DNA of 64,000 nt from an uncultured Gammaproteobacteria bacterium. Its GTDB lineage: Bacteria; Patescibacteriota; Microgenomatia; Levybacterales; GWA1-39-11. The notes beneath the pieces are model-generated. The model saw nothing but the letters and a program-made list of their open reading frames with translations. It was not told the origin of the DNA and searched no databases. Made by a program: the position numbers and the translations under genes. Of the stretch, positions 46,985 through 56,281 are shown piece after piece; position 1 is the first letter of the stretch, and the number at the start of each line of letters is the position of its first letter. The DNA is taken from assembly GCA_964409875.1 (NCBI GenBank), contig CAYPEN010000004.1, forward strand, positions 11,596 to 75,595. Direction: 5' to 3'.

Positions 46985-48031
46985 TTAGAGAACTATGAGA
47001 TTACACGTTATCATTGGAATATGAAAATGGATTGAAAATATCGTAAAGCTGGTTGTTTTGGTTGCACACACTGTTCGGAATTTCGGGATAGTAATGAATG
47101 GAAAGGTGCCGGTTGGAGTGGGTGTAGTTGAGAGTGTCGGTGTAGGTGATTGAGAAATTGTAGGGGTTAGGGTGGGCGTGTCAGTTGGCGTTGTAGACGG
47201 GGTGGTTGTTGGGGTAGAAGTTGGAGTAATGCTTTCCGTAGGCGGTATTGATTCAGTCGGAGTTGCTGTAGGTGTTGGAGTGGTCGTATCGGTTGGTGTT
47301 GTCGTGGGTGTTTGGGATGGTGTTGAAGTAATTGTAACTGAAGGCGTTTCTGTGACAGTGGGAGTAATTGTTGTGGTGCTCGTTGGAGTCTGTGTGGGTA
47401 CCGGTTCTAAAGAAGAGGAACTATTTTGGGGCTGTGGAATACTTCTAAGCACAAAGTCATTGGTATTATTATCTGTATCTTCTCCATTCCCCTGAAATTC
47501 ATCTATTCCTCCTATTGCCATAGTTTGCGTGGTGGATGCGGAAGTAGCTTTTCTTTCAATACTTTCTGAAATAGTAGGATTTGGAGCATCAGAAAGTTCT
47601 TTTACGGTTGCACTTCCGATCCCAACTCTATCAATAACTGTGATTTTATTATCACTATAAAGAGTGATAGTTGAGTCGGTAGAAAAACCGGTAGAATAGG
47701 TAATATCTGCGATAGGTGCGGCAGAACTGGCGCTATTCGCAATTAAATAAAAACCGTGAGCAGGAATTGTACCGATTAATCCTGCAGCAATAAAATTAGT
47801 TTCTGAGGTCCCGTCTGTTGTTGTCTTTGTAATGTGCCATTGTGAAAGGTTAATGTTTGAATTTGTTGGATTGTAAAGTTCTATAAATTCGTCAGACCCA
47901 TTGTTTTTGATTTCAGAAATAACTATGTGATTTGCAGTTGATGCATGAGCTATAGGGATAGAGATTGCAAAAATAACTATTAGAAATAGAAAAAATGAAG
48001 ATATTAGAACCGTGGGCAGTTTGGAGAACAT
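46985..48031 (-). CDS. secreted lamin-tail-domain (LTD) protein with long Thr/Pro repeat region
   Basis: Signal/TM. LTD signature HIVISEI...DEFIELYNP. About 100 aa of TPT/TPS repeats. Confidence 0.7.
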   Translation of the reverse strand: MFSKLPTVLISSFFLFLIVIFAISIPIAHASTANHIVISEIKNNGSDEFIELYNPTNSNINLSQWHITKTTTDGTSETNFIAAGLIGTIPAHGFYLIANSASSAAPIADITYSTGFSTDSTITLYSDNKITVIDRVGIGSATVKELSDAPNPTISESIERKATSASTTQTMAIGGIDEFQGNGEDTDNNTNDFVLRSIPQPQNSSSSLEPVPTQTPTSTTTITPTVTETPSVTITSTPSQTPTTTPTDTTTPTPTATPTESIPPTESITPTSTPTTTPSTTPTDTPTLTPTISQSPTPTLSTTPTPTGTFPFITIPKFRTVCATKTTSFTIFSIHFHIPMITCNLIVL

Positions 48032-48173
48032 ATCTCAATTTACATACATGTAAGAAACGATGTCAATAGCCCTTTTTTGAGGTGGAATTTGCAATAAGTA
48101 GGGCATTGAGAATATAATAAACACTATATTTGCTGTTGTTTACGGCTAGAATTTATACTCTTGCCCATTCCTT

Positions 48174-48716
48174 ATGGAAAGTGTTAAGAACAATTTCCAG
48201 AAACTTTTCTTCAAACTGAATACTCGGCTTGGGCTTATCGCCGTTATTCTCATTTCCCTCATACTTGCCCTTAGCAATACCGCAATAAAAGCATATTCAG
48301 AATCCGAAGAGAAATCGTACCGGCAAGAAAGTCTTGTAGCCAGTGCCTCAAATGTTAAGGTTTTGCCTGAAATCAACCCATCTCCGGTTGCCGAAACTGC
48401 ATTTATGACACCTATTTCGATGAGTTATGAAGTAGACAAAATTACCCCAACACCGACCCCTGTTTTTGACCCCTCCGATGACAAAGTATGGCTTCAACTT
48501 GCTGAGTGTGAGTCTCATCAAAATTGGCAAGATGATACGGGGAATGGGTACTATGGAGGACTTCAATTCTCACTCGGAGCATGGGCATCTGTAGGAGGAA
48601 GCGGAAAGCCATCTGAGGCCTCAAAAGACGAGCAGATCATTCGCGGCAAAGCATTACAGAGTAGACGTGGATGGGGAGCGTGGGGCGGATGCTCCAAAAA
48701 AATAGGACTTCTGTAA
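48174..48716 (+). CDS. Rpf-type transglycosylase-like domain protein (resuscitation-promoting-factor fold)
   Basis: The C-terminal WLQLAECESHQNWQDDTGNGYYGGLQFSLGAW...GAWGGC matches the Rpf consensus. N-terminal TM anchor. Confidence 0.75.
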   Translation: MESVKNNFQKLFFKLNTRLGLIAVILISLILALSNTAIKAYSESEEKSYRQESLVASASNVKVLPEINPSPVAETAFMTPISMSYEVDKITPTPTPVFDPSDDKVWLQLAECESHQNWQDDTGNGYYGGLQFSLGAWASVGGSGKPSEASKDEQIIRGKALQSRRGWGAWGGCSKKIGLL

Positions 48717-48747
48717 TACTTAGCTTCAAATATGGTACAATTGCTAC

Positions 48748-49461
48748 ATGTACCGTCTTGTTTTTCTCGATACCGAAACTACCGGTATCGACCCTTTAGT
48801 CGATAGACTCTTTCAGCTCGCATATAAATTTGAAGGCGAGTTGTTTTCTCAATACTTTAAACCACCAGTTCCAATTTCTGTAAAGTCTATGAGTATTTCG
48901 CATGTTACGAATAGAGATGTTGAAAATGAAGAAGAATTTTCAACATCTGAGGCAAAAATAAAACTCCAAGAAATTCTTGATAGTGCAATTTTGGTTGCTC
49001 ACAACGCATGGTTTGATATCGATATGCTTTCAAAAGAAGGAGTAAAGGCGGAAAAATATATTGATACTTTGAAAGTAATCAAATTTTTGGACAGCGAGAA
49101 CTTCATTCCCGAATATGGGCTCCAATATCTCCGGTATTTTCTAGAATTTGAAATTGATGCGAAGGCTCACGAGGCTGCAGGGGATGTTATGGTGCTTGAA
49201 AAATTGTTTGAGTATCTGTACCAGAGGATGTTGCTTGAATACAAAAGTGGAGATACTGTTATCGAAAAAATGATGGAAATTTCTAAAAAACCTTTGCTTT
49301 TACGGATATTTAACTATGGTAAGCACAAAGGGAAAAAAGTTGCAGAGGTTGTTTCTTATGACCGTAGCTATCTTGAATGGATGTTGGAGCAAAAACTGAA
49401 TAACGAATATTATGATGAGGATTGGATTTATACCCTCAAATATCACCTTAAAATTCAATAA
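48748..49461 (+). CDS. DEDDh 3'-5' exonuclease (DnaQ-like)
   Basis: Exo I FLDTETTG. Later acidic and His motifs (HNAWFD, H...D). Confidence 0.8.
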   Translation: MYRLVFLDTETTGIDPLVDRLFQLAYKFEGELFSQYFKPPVPISVKSMSISHVTNRDVENEEEFSTSEAKIKLQEILDSAILVAHNAWFDIDMLSKEGVKAEKYIDTLKVIKFLDSENFIPEYGLQYLRYFLEFEIDAKAHEAAGDVMVLEKLFEYLYQRMLLEYKSGDTVIEKMMEISKKPLLLRIFNYGKHKGKKVAEVVSYDRSYLEWMLEQKLNNEYYDEDWIYTLKYHLKIQ

Positions 49462-49485
49462 ATACTTACATCAATTTTATAATTG

Positions 49486-49854
49486 ATGCGTACAATAATT
49501 ACTATGGAAAAGAAAATAAAAGCTGCAAAACTACTCGCAAGGCTTCTTGATAATCAATTTGAGATAGGAGGTATCAGGTTTGGAATAGACCCTATTTTAG
49601 ATGTTGTTCCATATGTAGGAGATATTGCCGGCGCACTTTTGAGTTTGTATATTCTAAAAACAGCAAAAGAAGTAGGTGTTACAAAAATGGATATGGCTAA
49701 GATGATTGGAAATATCATAATTGACTTTATTGTCGGATTTATACCGCTTTTAGGAATAATTTTTGACGTTATTTATAAGGCAAATATCAAAAATATAGCG
49801 ATCTTGGAGAAATATTCGCATGGAAAATTCGTCGAAGGCACTATAGTATCTTAA
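49486..49854 (+). CDS. DUF4112 family membrane protein
   Basis: RLLDNQFEIGGIRFGIDPILDVVPYVGD pattern. Two TM helices. Confidence 0.6.
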   Translation: MRTIITMEKKIKAAKLLARLLDNQFEIGGIRFGIDPILDVVPYVGDIAGALLSLYILKTAKEVGVTKMDMAKMIGNIIIDFIVGFIPLLGIIFDVIYKANIKNIAILEKYSHGKFVEGTIVS

Positions 49855-51405
49855 TTACGTTGGAGACTGAGGGTGGAAAACCGGATTTACCCTCATTACT
49901 TTCTTACATCCTGAAATAAATTTATATATTCCTACTGACTCACTTCCGAGAGGTTTTTTGAATTCTGCCACTTTTTGCACGAACTTTTCAAACCCGGCAA
50001 GCTGATTGTTGCGGCTTACAAAAAATATTTGACTTCCATTTCCCATCTCAATGCATTCCGTTTCAGGTGGTAAACCGACCAGATATTTTAGTTCAAAATA
50101 TCCGTTCATAATATTCTTTTTGGCAGAATAAACCGACATCGCACTCTCCGGATTTCCGGTATTTTCCGCGTACGTAACTACAATCGGTTTTTTATTGTTC
50201 TCAATCTCTAAAAATTTAACTGCTTCGGCAATTCCATATCCAGAAACTTGTCCGTCCACAAATCCGTATTCGCTATAGGAGGTCATTTTGTTAAAGAACG
50301 AAAAGTATGGGACGGGACGATAAATTAGAAAATAACTAAATGTTAATGCGAGCGAAAAGGTGGTTAAAGCTATTGCTGATCCTGCAGTTTTTAATTTTTC
50401 TATCAGCTTAAAAAGCATATAAGTTGCCAAGAGGATAAATGGTGGCAGCAGTCCTACGATATAGCGTTGGGAAGGGGTTCTTAATGTCAGTATTGCAACA
50501 ACGAGCGGAATGCCAAGCCAAACAAGAAGAAGAATATTTTTTCTATTTTTTATGAATTCAAAAAGAGCGCAAAGAGATAGGATAAATACAAAAGGGGTAA
50601 GGAAAAGAAAAGAAATTTGGGTAAAAGCCCATATGTTTTGCAGCCAAAGTCCTACCGGGAAATGAAATAAATCCCCTATTCCCAAAACGTATCTTGAGTT
50701 TGATGAGAGTGTTTTCCAAAAAACAGGATTTATTATGAGAAGTAGGATTACTAAAAGAAATACGCCCCCGATTGTCCACAGACGCTCAAGATATGTTTGC
50801 CTTTTCGTCCTGTAGACCATATAAGAGATGACAAGAATTGTTGTTATTAAAAAAAGAAAAGCTGTTGATTTACTGAAGAAGCCAAGTCCGAGAACAACGC
50901 CTGTTAAAAGTTCGCTCTTAATACTTCTCTCCTTTTGAAGAGTGCGGTTGAGATAAAAGAAACTCCAGATACCACATGTCGTTATGGCGCTTTCAAGAAG
51001 TGCTTGTCTGTCGAAGAGGACAAAAATCGGAACGGTAGTGTATAGCAAAGCAGCTGCAATGCCGACTTTTTTCTCGAAATATTCCTTGCCGACTAAATAA
51101 ATACCGATTACTGAAAGAAGCCCAAGGCAAAAAGAGACGAATCTTCCTGCGAAAAGTGGGTCGGAAAAGAAATTTGAGAAAAATCCGAATAGCCACATCA
51201 CAAGAGGCTGCTTCGCGTCATAAAGGGAATAATACAAAAAGCCGGGAACGTGAGTTTCACGCCAAGCCCAATCCAAATAAATTGATTCGTCATTAAAAAT
51301 CGGTATGAGGGTAAGTCTTGGGAGTCTTACAAAAAGGTAGATAAGACACAAAAGAAGCACCGGGTTTTTTTTAAAAAAAAGATATAATTTTTTTAATAAA
51401 TCCAT
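49855..51405 (-). CDS. GT39/ArnT-like membrane glycosyltransferase (PMT_2 family)
   Basis: ~11 TM helices. Conserved DE motif in the first periplasmic loop (PIFNDESIYLDWAW). Confidence 0.75.
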   Translation of the reverse strand: MDLLKKLYLFFKKNPVLLLCLIYLFVRLPRLTLIPIFNDESIYLDWAWRETHVPGFLYYSLYDAKQPLVMWLFGFFSNFFSDPLFAGRFVSFCLGLLSVIGIYLVGKEYFEKKVGIAAALLYTTVPIFVLFDRQALLESAITTCGIWSFFYLNRTLQKERSIKSELLTGVVLGLGFFSKSTAFLFLITTILVISYMVYRTKRQTYLERLWTIGGVFLLVILLLIINPVFWKTLSSNSRYVLGIGDLFHFPVGLWLQNIWAFTQISFLFLTPFVFILSLCALFEFIKNRKNILLLVWLGIPLVVAILTLRTPSQRYIVGLLPPFILLATYMLFKLIEKLKTAGSAIALTTFSLALTFSYFLIYRPVPYFSFFNKMTSYSEYGFVDGQVSGYGIAEAVKFLEIENNKKPIVVTYAENTGNPESAMSVYSAKKNIMNGYFELKYLVGLPPETECIEMGNGSQIFFVSRNNQLAGFEKFVQKVAEFKKPLGSESVGIYKFISGCKKVMRVNPVFHPQSPT

Positions 51406-51473
51406 AACTTATTGTAATACAAAAGACAGGGGACATTGACTGACAACTTTTCCGGTAGTACACTGTTTGTCCC

Positions 51474-52604
51474 ATGAACACGATTATTTGTAAACACTGC
51501 GGAAAAGAAATTGAAATTACAGAAGCCCTTCTCCATCAGGTAGAGGATAAAGTGAAAAAAGAGGTTTCAAAAGACCTTGAAAAAGAGATTGAAAAGGCGC
51601 GCAGTGAAGCCGAAGAGAAGGCGAAATCCGAGTTTGCGAAAAAAAATTCCGAAGAAATTGAAAATCTAAAGAAGCAGAATGAGCAGTTCCGCCAACAAGA
51701 ATTAAAACTTCTTGAGGAAAAAAAGAAGCTTGAGGAAAAGGAGAAAGCAATGGAATTAGAAAACGCGCGAAAGCTTGATGAGGAGAGAAAAAGGATAGAG
51801 GAAAAAGCGGTGAAAGATTACGAGGAGTCTCAACGGATGAAGGACAAAGAGAAAGATATGCAAATTGAAAATCTCAAAAGGATGCTTGAGGAGGCCAACC
51901 GCAAAGCCTCTGGTGTTAGCCAACAAGTGCAGGGAGAAGTTTTGGAATTGGATCTTGAGGAACAGCTAAAAAATGCTTTCCCGACCGATTCGATAGAACC
52001 TGTGGCAAAGGGAGTAAGGGGAGGAGACATTGTTCAGGTCGTCAAAAATTCAATGGGCAAAATTGCAGGCACAATTCTTTGGGAGACAAAGAGAGCTAAA
52101 TGGACACCATCATGGCTTCCAAAATTGCGTGAGGATGCACGGAAGGTAAGCGCTTCATCTTCAATTTTGGTGAGTGAAGACTTGCCGAAAGAAATAACGA
52201 GTTTTGGCTTTGTGGACCAAGTTTTGGTGGCTTCATACCAATACGCCGTTTCATTAGCTGTTATTGTCAGACGTGGCATTATGCAAACTGCTGCAGCAAA
52301 ATCAGCGGCTGAGAGCAAAGATGAGACACTTGAGATGGTCTATCAATACCTCCAAAGTGACGCGTTCCGCCATCGTATCGAAGGGTATGTTGAGAGTATC
52401 TCTTTGATGCGGACCGATTTGGATTCGGAGCGGCGCTCAATGGAACGCATATGGAAGCGGCGTGAAATGCAAATAATGAAAGCCGAACTTTCTATTTCAA
52501 AATTGTCAGGAGAACTTGAGGGAATTATGGGTTCATCGTTTCCAACGGTAAAACCTCTGTCTCTTGGTGCAACAATTGATGATGACGATGAAAGACCCTT
52601 CTAA
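51474..52604 (+). CDS. DUF2130-like protein: Zn-ribbon + long coiled coil + C-terminal PD-(D/E)xK-like domain
   Basis: N-terminal CKHCGKEI. ~150 aa E/K-rich heptads. C-terminal GGDIVQVV...ILWETKRAKW is a nuclease-like D...ExK arrangement (inference). Confidence 0.6.
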   Translation: MNTIICKHCGKEIEITEALLHQVEDKVKKEVSKDLEKEIEKARSEAEEKAKSEFAKKNSEEIENLKKQNEQFRQQELKLLEEKKKLEEKEKAMELENARKLDEERKRIEEKAVKDYEESQRMKDKEKDMQIENLKRMLEEANRKASGVSQQVQGEVLELDLEEQLKNAFPTDSIEPVAKGVRGGDIVQVVKNSMGKIAGTILWETKRAKWTPSWLPKLREDARKVSASSSILVSEDLPKEITSFGFVDQVLVASYQYAVSLAVIVRRGIMQTAAAKSAAESKDETLEMVYQYLQSDAFRHRIEGYVESISLMRTDLDSERRSMERIWKRREMQIMKAELSISKLSGELEGIMGSSFPTVKPLSLGATIDDDDERPF

Positions 52605-52812
52605 AACCTCCGACTATTGCAACTATTCTTTCGACGACCTCTATATGGCTGCATTTAAAAAAGATTTAGATGAGATTGAAAAGAAGAAACTTCAAGGTAT
52701 GTCACAAGAGAATATAAACCGCATAGTACAACAATGGGCAGATAAGGCGGGTTGGAATACTGCTATAAAAAAGGGTGGTGATAAAAAAATTTACCTAGCT
52801 TTTTACCCTTGA
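52582..52812 (+). CDS. small hypothetical protein overlapping the end of the DUF2130 gene
   Basis: ~76 aa from the ATG at 52582 (MTMKD...). No known domain. Confidence 0.25.
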   Translation: MTMKDPSKTSDYCNYSFDDLYMAAFKKDLDEIEKKKLQGMSQENINRIVQQWADKAGWNTAIKKGGDKKIYLAFYP

Positions 52813-53057
52813 TAGACGTAACTCCTTAGATAATGTGCTTTTCCAGGACCTAAAACGAGCATTGTTTGGTCGATTCCCTCGTTATTTTGGCTAAATTCTG
52901 CGCCAAAGGCAGCACGCAAGCCTTGTCGATGTCCGGGAATGTAAACCTCGACACTACCATCCTCTCCATCTGCCTTCCTCTCCCAAATACCTAAAGCGCT
53001 ACATTCACGGGGTTTACCATTGAATGGAAAAGGAAGCTCCAATTCAACGATATGCAT
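52803..53057 (-). CDS. small hypothetical protein (GC slightly elevated)
   Basis: 84 aa ORF, convergent with the previous ORF. No recognised domain. Confidence 0.3.
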   Translation of the reverse strand: MHIVELELPFPFNGKPRECSALGIWERKADGEDGSVEVYIPGHRQGLRAAFGAEFSQNNEGIDQTMLVLGPGKAHYLRSYVYQG

Positions 53058-53211
53058 TTCGTGTCCTTGTAATTGTTCGCTTATATTTGGCGTATAAATT
53101 CACCTTCTTTCAATAAAATCGTACATATTTTGTTGTATGCCATAATCGTGAAAAATGCAATAGTTTTCACGAATTCTTACAATAAGAGTCTTTTTTCTAG
53201 TTTTCGATGAT

Positions 53212-53511
53212 TTAAGTCACATTGACAGAAGTACCTTCCGTAAGCGAATACCGTTTGTATGTCCCATGATCTTCTTGGTGATAGCTTGCTATTTCACCGG
53301 TAAATGGGTTACGGGAACCGACGATTTTTACCATAAGATGTTGGGGTTCCGTAGGAAGAGCTAAATCACTCCCGCCTGTCTGGTCATCTCCCTCAGAAAC
53401 CGGACAGACGGGAAGATCAGCACCTACCGTATTATTTAGTGGTGTTTCGTTTGGTAGGGCTCTTCGGAAGAACCTTCCAATTCCCCTTTGTGATAATTCT
53501 GCAAGTGCCAT
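53212..53511 (-). CDS. small hypothetical protein
   Basis: 99 aa ORF, divergent from the regulator gene at 53623. No recognised domain. Confidence 0.3.
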   Translation of the reverse strand: MALAELSQRGIGRFFRRALPNETPLNNTVGADLPVCPVSEGDDQTGGSDLALPTEPQHLMVKIVGSRNPFTGEIASYHQEDHGTYKRYSLTEGTSVNVT

Positions 53512-53622
53512 GGTGTTAGTTTATATAAGGCTTTACGATTCCGCTTGACGTCATTCTGACAGTTATAGCAGTCATAATCCTGACAGAAGACATTCTTGTA
53601 AAAAAAAGGATTTAGGGCTAGA

Positions 53623-54909
53623 ATGAGCCTTATGGAGACCAAAATAGAGGAAGCATTATACCCATTATCCTTTCGGAAAAAGGATTCAGAAACTCTTGGA
53701 AATCACATCAAAAATAGGCATAGCGTTGTTTTGGTTGGAATGAAAAGGGTTGGAATTAGCAATTTTTTGCGCTTTTTTCTCTATCGGGATGGAATTAAAG
53801 AGTCATATATCCGTGACAAAAAAAATCATTTATTTATTCCTATCGACCTTAACGACCTGGTGGAGCGGGAGTTGTATCCCTTTTGGGTACTGACGCTTAA
53901 AAGAATAGAAGATGCAGTTGAGAAATCGGAGTTGTCAGCAAAAACAAAAAAACATATTGAAACTCTTTTTTTGGATAGTATCCAATCACAAGATTTATTT
54001 TTAACAATTGATAGCATTAGAAAATCATTAGAGCATCTCGTTGGGGAGGGAGTGACCCCAACAATTTTCTTCTTGAGATTTGACCGTATACAGGAAGTGG
54101 TGACTCCTGAGTTTTTTGCCAATCTTCAGGGACTCATTGATGCGTGCCACAAAAATTTGAGCTATGTTATCACAAGTGTCAGGAGTCTAGAATTTCTTTC
54201 TCCCACCGTCTTTACAAAGGCTTCCGTATCGGTTTTTGCACGCACCATGTATATTGCACCTGCCACACATGAGGATGCCGGCATCATATTTGATGAATTG
54301 GCGAAGAAATATCAACTCAACTTTTCCGATAATGTAAAAACACAAATATTGTCCATAGTTGACGGATACACACAATATCTTCAATTTGCACTCTCGTACT
54401 TGCATGAAAAGAAAAGTGATGTAGTGAGTTCAAAATTAGTGGATGAATTGTTCTCTGATGAGCGTATCGCATTACAATCCGAGGAATTGTGGGAATCCTT
54501 AACCGATGAGGAGAAAGACATATTGGCAAAATTCTTGACAGCCAAAAATGTTTCAGCAGACGATAAAGAACGTGCCTCATATCTTTGGAATACAGGAATT
54601 ATTGGAGAAGCGGATATTTTCAGTCCATTATTTCAGAAATACTTAGAGCAGAAAGAAAACGTCCGCGAGAATAGTAAGAAAGAGTTGTCGAAAAAAGAGA
54701 ATCTATTGTTGAAAATATTGGAGGAGAGGCGCGGGGCGCTTTGCGAGCGGGAGGATATTATTGAATACGTATGGCCGGAGGCCGAGTCATACGGCGTTTC
54801 AGATTGGGCGGTTGACCGGCTGGTTGCCAGGCTTAGGAATAAATTAAAGGGACTTAAGGCAGAATACGAAATTGTGACCGTGAAGACACGGGGATATAAA
54901 TTAGTCTAA
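53623..54909 (+). CDS. regulator with N-terminal ATPase-like domain (degenerate P-loop) and C-terminal OmpR/PhoB-type winged helix
   Basis: VVLVGMKRVGISNFLRFF P-loop-like region, LRFD Walker-B-like. C-terminal ...CEREDIIEYVWPE...VDRLVARLRNKL...VTVKTRGYKL matches the trans_reg_C consensus. Confidence 0.6.
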   Translation: MSLMETKIEEALYPLSFRKKDSETLGNHIKNRHSVVLVGMKRVGISNFLRFFLYRDGIKESYIRDKKNHLFIPIDLNDLVERELYPFWVLTLKRIEDAVEKSELSAKTKKHIETLFLDSIQSQDLFLTIDSIRKSLEHLVGEGVTPTIFFLRFDRIQEVVTPEFFANLQGLIDACHKNLSYVITSVRSLEFLSPTVFTKASVSVFARTMYIAPATHEDAGIIFDELAKKYQLNFSDNVKTQILSIVDGYTQYLQFALSYLHEKKSDVVSSKLVDELFSDERIALQSEELWESLTDEEKDILAKFLTAKNVSADDKERASYLWNTGIIGEADIFSPLFQKYLEQKENVRENSKKELSKKENLLLKILEERRGALCEREDIIEYVWPEAESYGVSDWAVDRLVARLRNKLKGLKAEYEIVTVKTRGYKLV

Positions 54910-54914
54910 CGGAT

Positions 54915-55640
54915 ATGAACGAACATTTTAGAAATTACACTCCTCCTATTTCAGAGAATCTGAGAATGCAATACGAAGAAGCACTTGCTTTGGAGCAGCG
55001 TTGGTTAAACGGTTTACAAATTACTCTTCGTCCTGAAAACGACTTAGAGCATGTGGCGGAAGGATTTGCAATTTTTGGCCAAATGCAGCACACTCATCCT
55101 CGGCTTGCATCATCTGTTAATGTGCAGGAATTTTCTGATATGTTTTATCTTCATGATGGCGGAGAAATAATTGCACACGACTTGACTCACTCCCACCCAG
55201 AATATGATTTGCTTCGCCCTAAAATAAAAAGAAGGGAACGTGCCGCAATAAGGTTTTTGACCGGAGAGTATATTGAAGACCCGGTTTTGAGAGATTATAT
55301 TCGGGGTTTGTATACGCGCTATGAGAATCCGGAACCTTCGGATAGAGAAGCTCACATGGCGCATCTGATAGATAAAGTGCAGGCACAACGATTTGGCTTG
55401 GAGTATGTGTTTAACGGGAGGCGAATGTCAAAGGCACAAAGATTGCAACAATTAAACCATAATTTTGGGCTTATCATACCTCCCGCCCGTTCTTTACTAG
55501 CTGCAGTTGAGCCACCGGCACAAGAAGAACTGAGAGATTTTGTAAGCAATGAATTAAAACAATTTATGCGGTATGGGTATTGGAAAAGTGAGACTGAGTA
55601 TTACGTAAGGCAGGCAGAAGAACTTTTGATTCACGAATAG
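54915..55640 (+). CDS. HD-domain phosphohydrolase (YfbR-like 5'-deoxynucleotidase family)
   Basis: H...H (LEHVAEG...HTH) and the HD motif (YLHDGGEIIAHD). Confidence 0.7.
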   Translation: MNEHFRNYTPPISENLRMQYEEALALEQRWLNGLQITLRPENDLEHVAEGFAIFGQMQHTHPRLASSVNVQEFSDMFYLHDGGEIIAHDLTHSHPEYDLLRPKIKRRERAAIRFLTGEYIEDPVLRDYIRGLYTRYENPEPSDREAHMAHLIDKVQAQRFGLEYVFNGRRMSKAQRLQQLNHNFGLIIPPARSLLAAVEPPAQEELRDFVSNELKQFMRYGYWKSETEYYVRQAEELLIHE

Positions 55641-55714
55641 AATTCTTTTAATGACCTTCTCGTCACTCAAATGTTAGGATAAAGGTATGGTTTATATACC
55701 TTATGCAGACAGTT

Positions 55715-56281
55715 TTATGATATTTCAAAATGTTCCTCACATCTTGCTTCATAGATATCGTTTCCCCCAATAACAATTCGCTCAGAGGACGTACTAATTC
55801 TTTTTGAATACAACCCTTTTTTTTGTTTGCATACCGAACAAATAGCTTGAAATCGGAAAATTTCATCGGCGATATGTGTGATTTTTTCTGTAGTTTCCCA
55901 ATTTTCTCGCTTAAAATCTAAATCCAGGCCTGAAGCATACACTGCAACACCTCTTTTTTTTAAATCTGAGAGAAGATTAACAATTCCCAAATCGAAAAAT
56001 TGCACTTCATCAATTCCAAAAGCTGAAAACGTATTATCTCTCACAAGTCTTTTAATATCTTCTACATTTGCTGCAGTTCTTGCCGGGATTTTGAGTCCAT
56101 CATGTGAAATAATTGAATTTCCTGAATAGCGAATGTCTTTTGCGAACCGTATGGCCATTGGATTATTTTTTGTCTGTTGTAGATTTTTGATAAGCCATTG
56201 TGTTTTACCGGAAAACATCGGGCCTGTCGCGAGCTGTATTGTGCCACTTGCCATTTTATGTATGAAGTCCAAAGCTTTCAA
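55715..56281 (-). CDS. tdk: thymidine kinase
   Basis: P-loop ATGPMFSGKT; C-terminal zinc ribbon CSVCKQK...RCEEHF. Confidence 0.9.
   Translation of the reverse strand: MKALDFIHKMASGTIQLATGPMFSGKTQWLIKNLQQTKNNPMAIRFAKDIRYSGNSIISHDGLKIPARTAANVEDIKRLVRDNTFSAFGIDEVQFFDLGIVNLLSDLKKRGVAVYASGLDLDFKRENWETTEKITHIADEIFRFQAICSVCKQKKGLYSKRISTSSERIVIGGNDIYEARCEEHFEIS

Noticed and set aside
47172-47495. CRISPR-like or tandem array appearance of TP-repeat regions (also 17860-18000, 59900-60187)
   Set aside because: These are in-frame coding low-complexity repeats (TPT/TPS) without regular spacer-repeat architecture. No cas genes are nearby.
53544-53590. Promoter assignment for the regulator gene from TTGACG/CATAAT-like hexamers
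   Set aside because: Spacing is not canonical (about 23 nt). Only the CTGACAG direct repeats are noted as a possible operator, within a finding.
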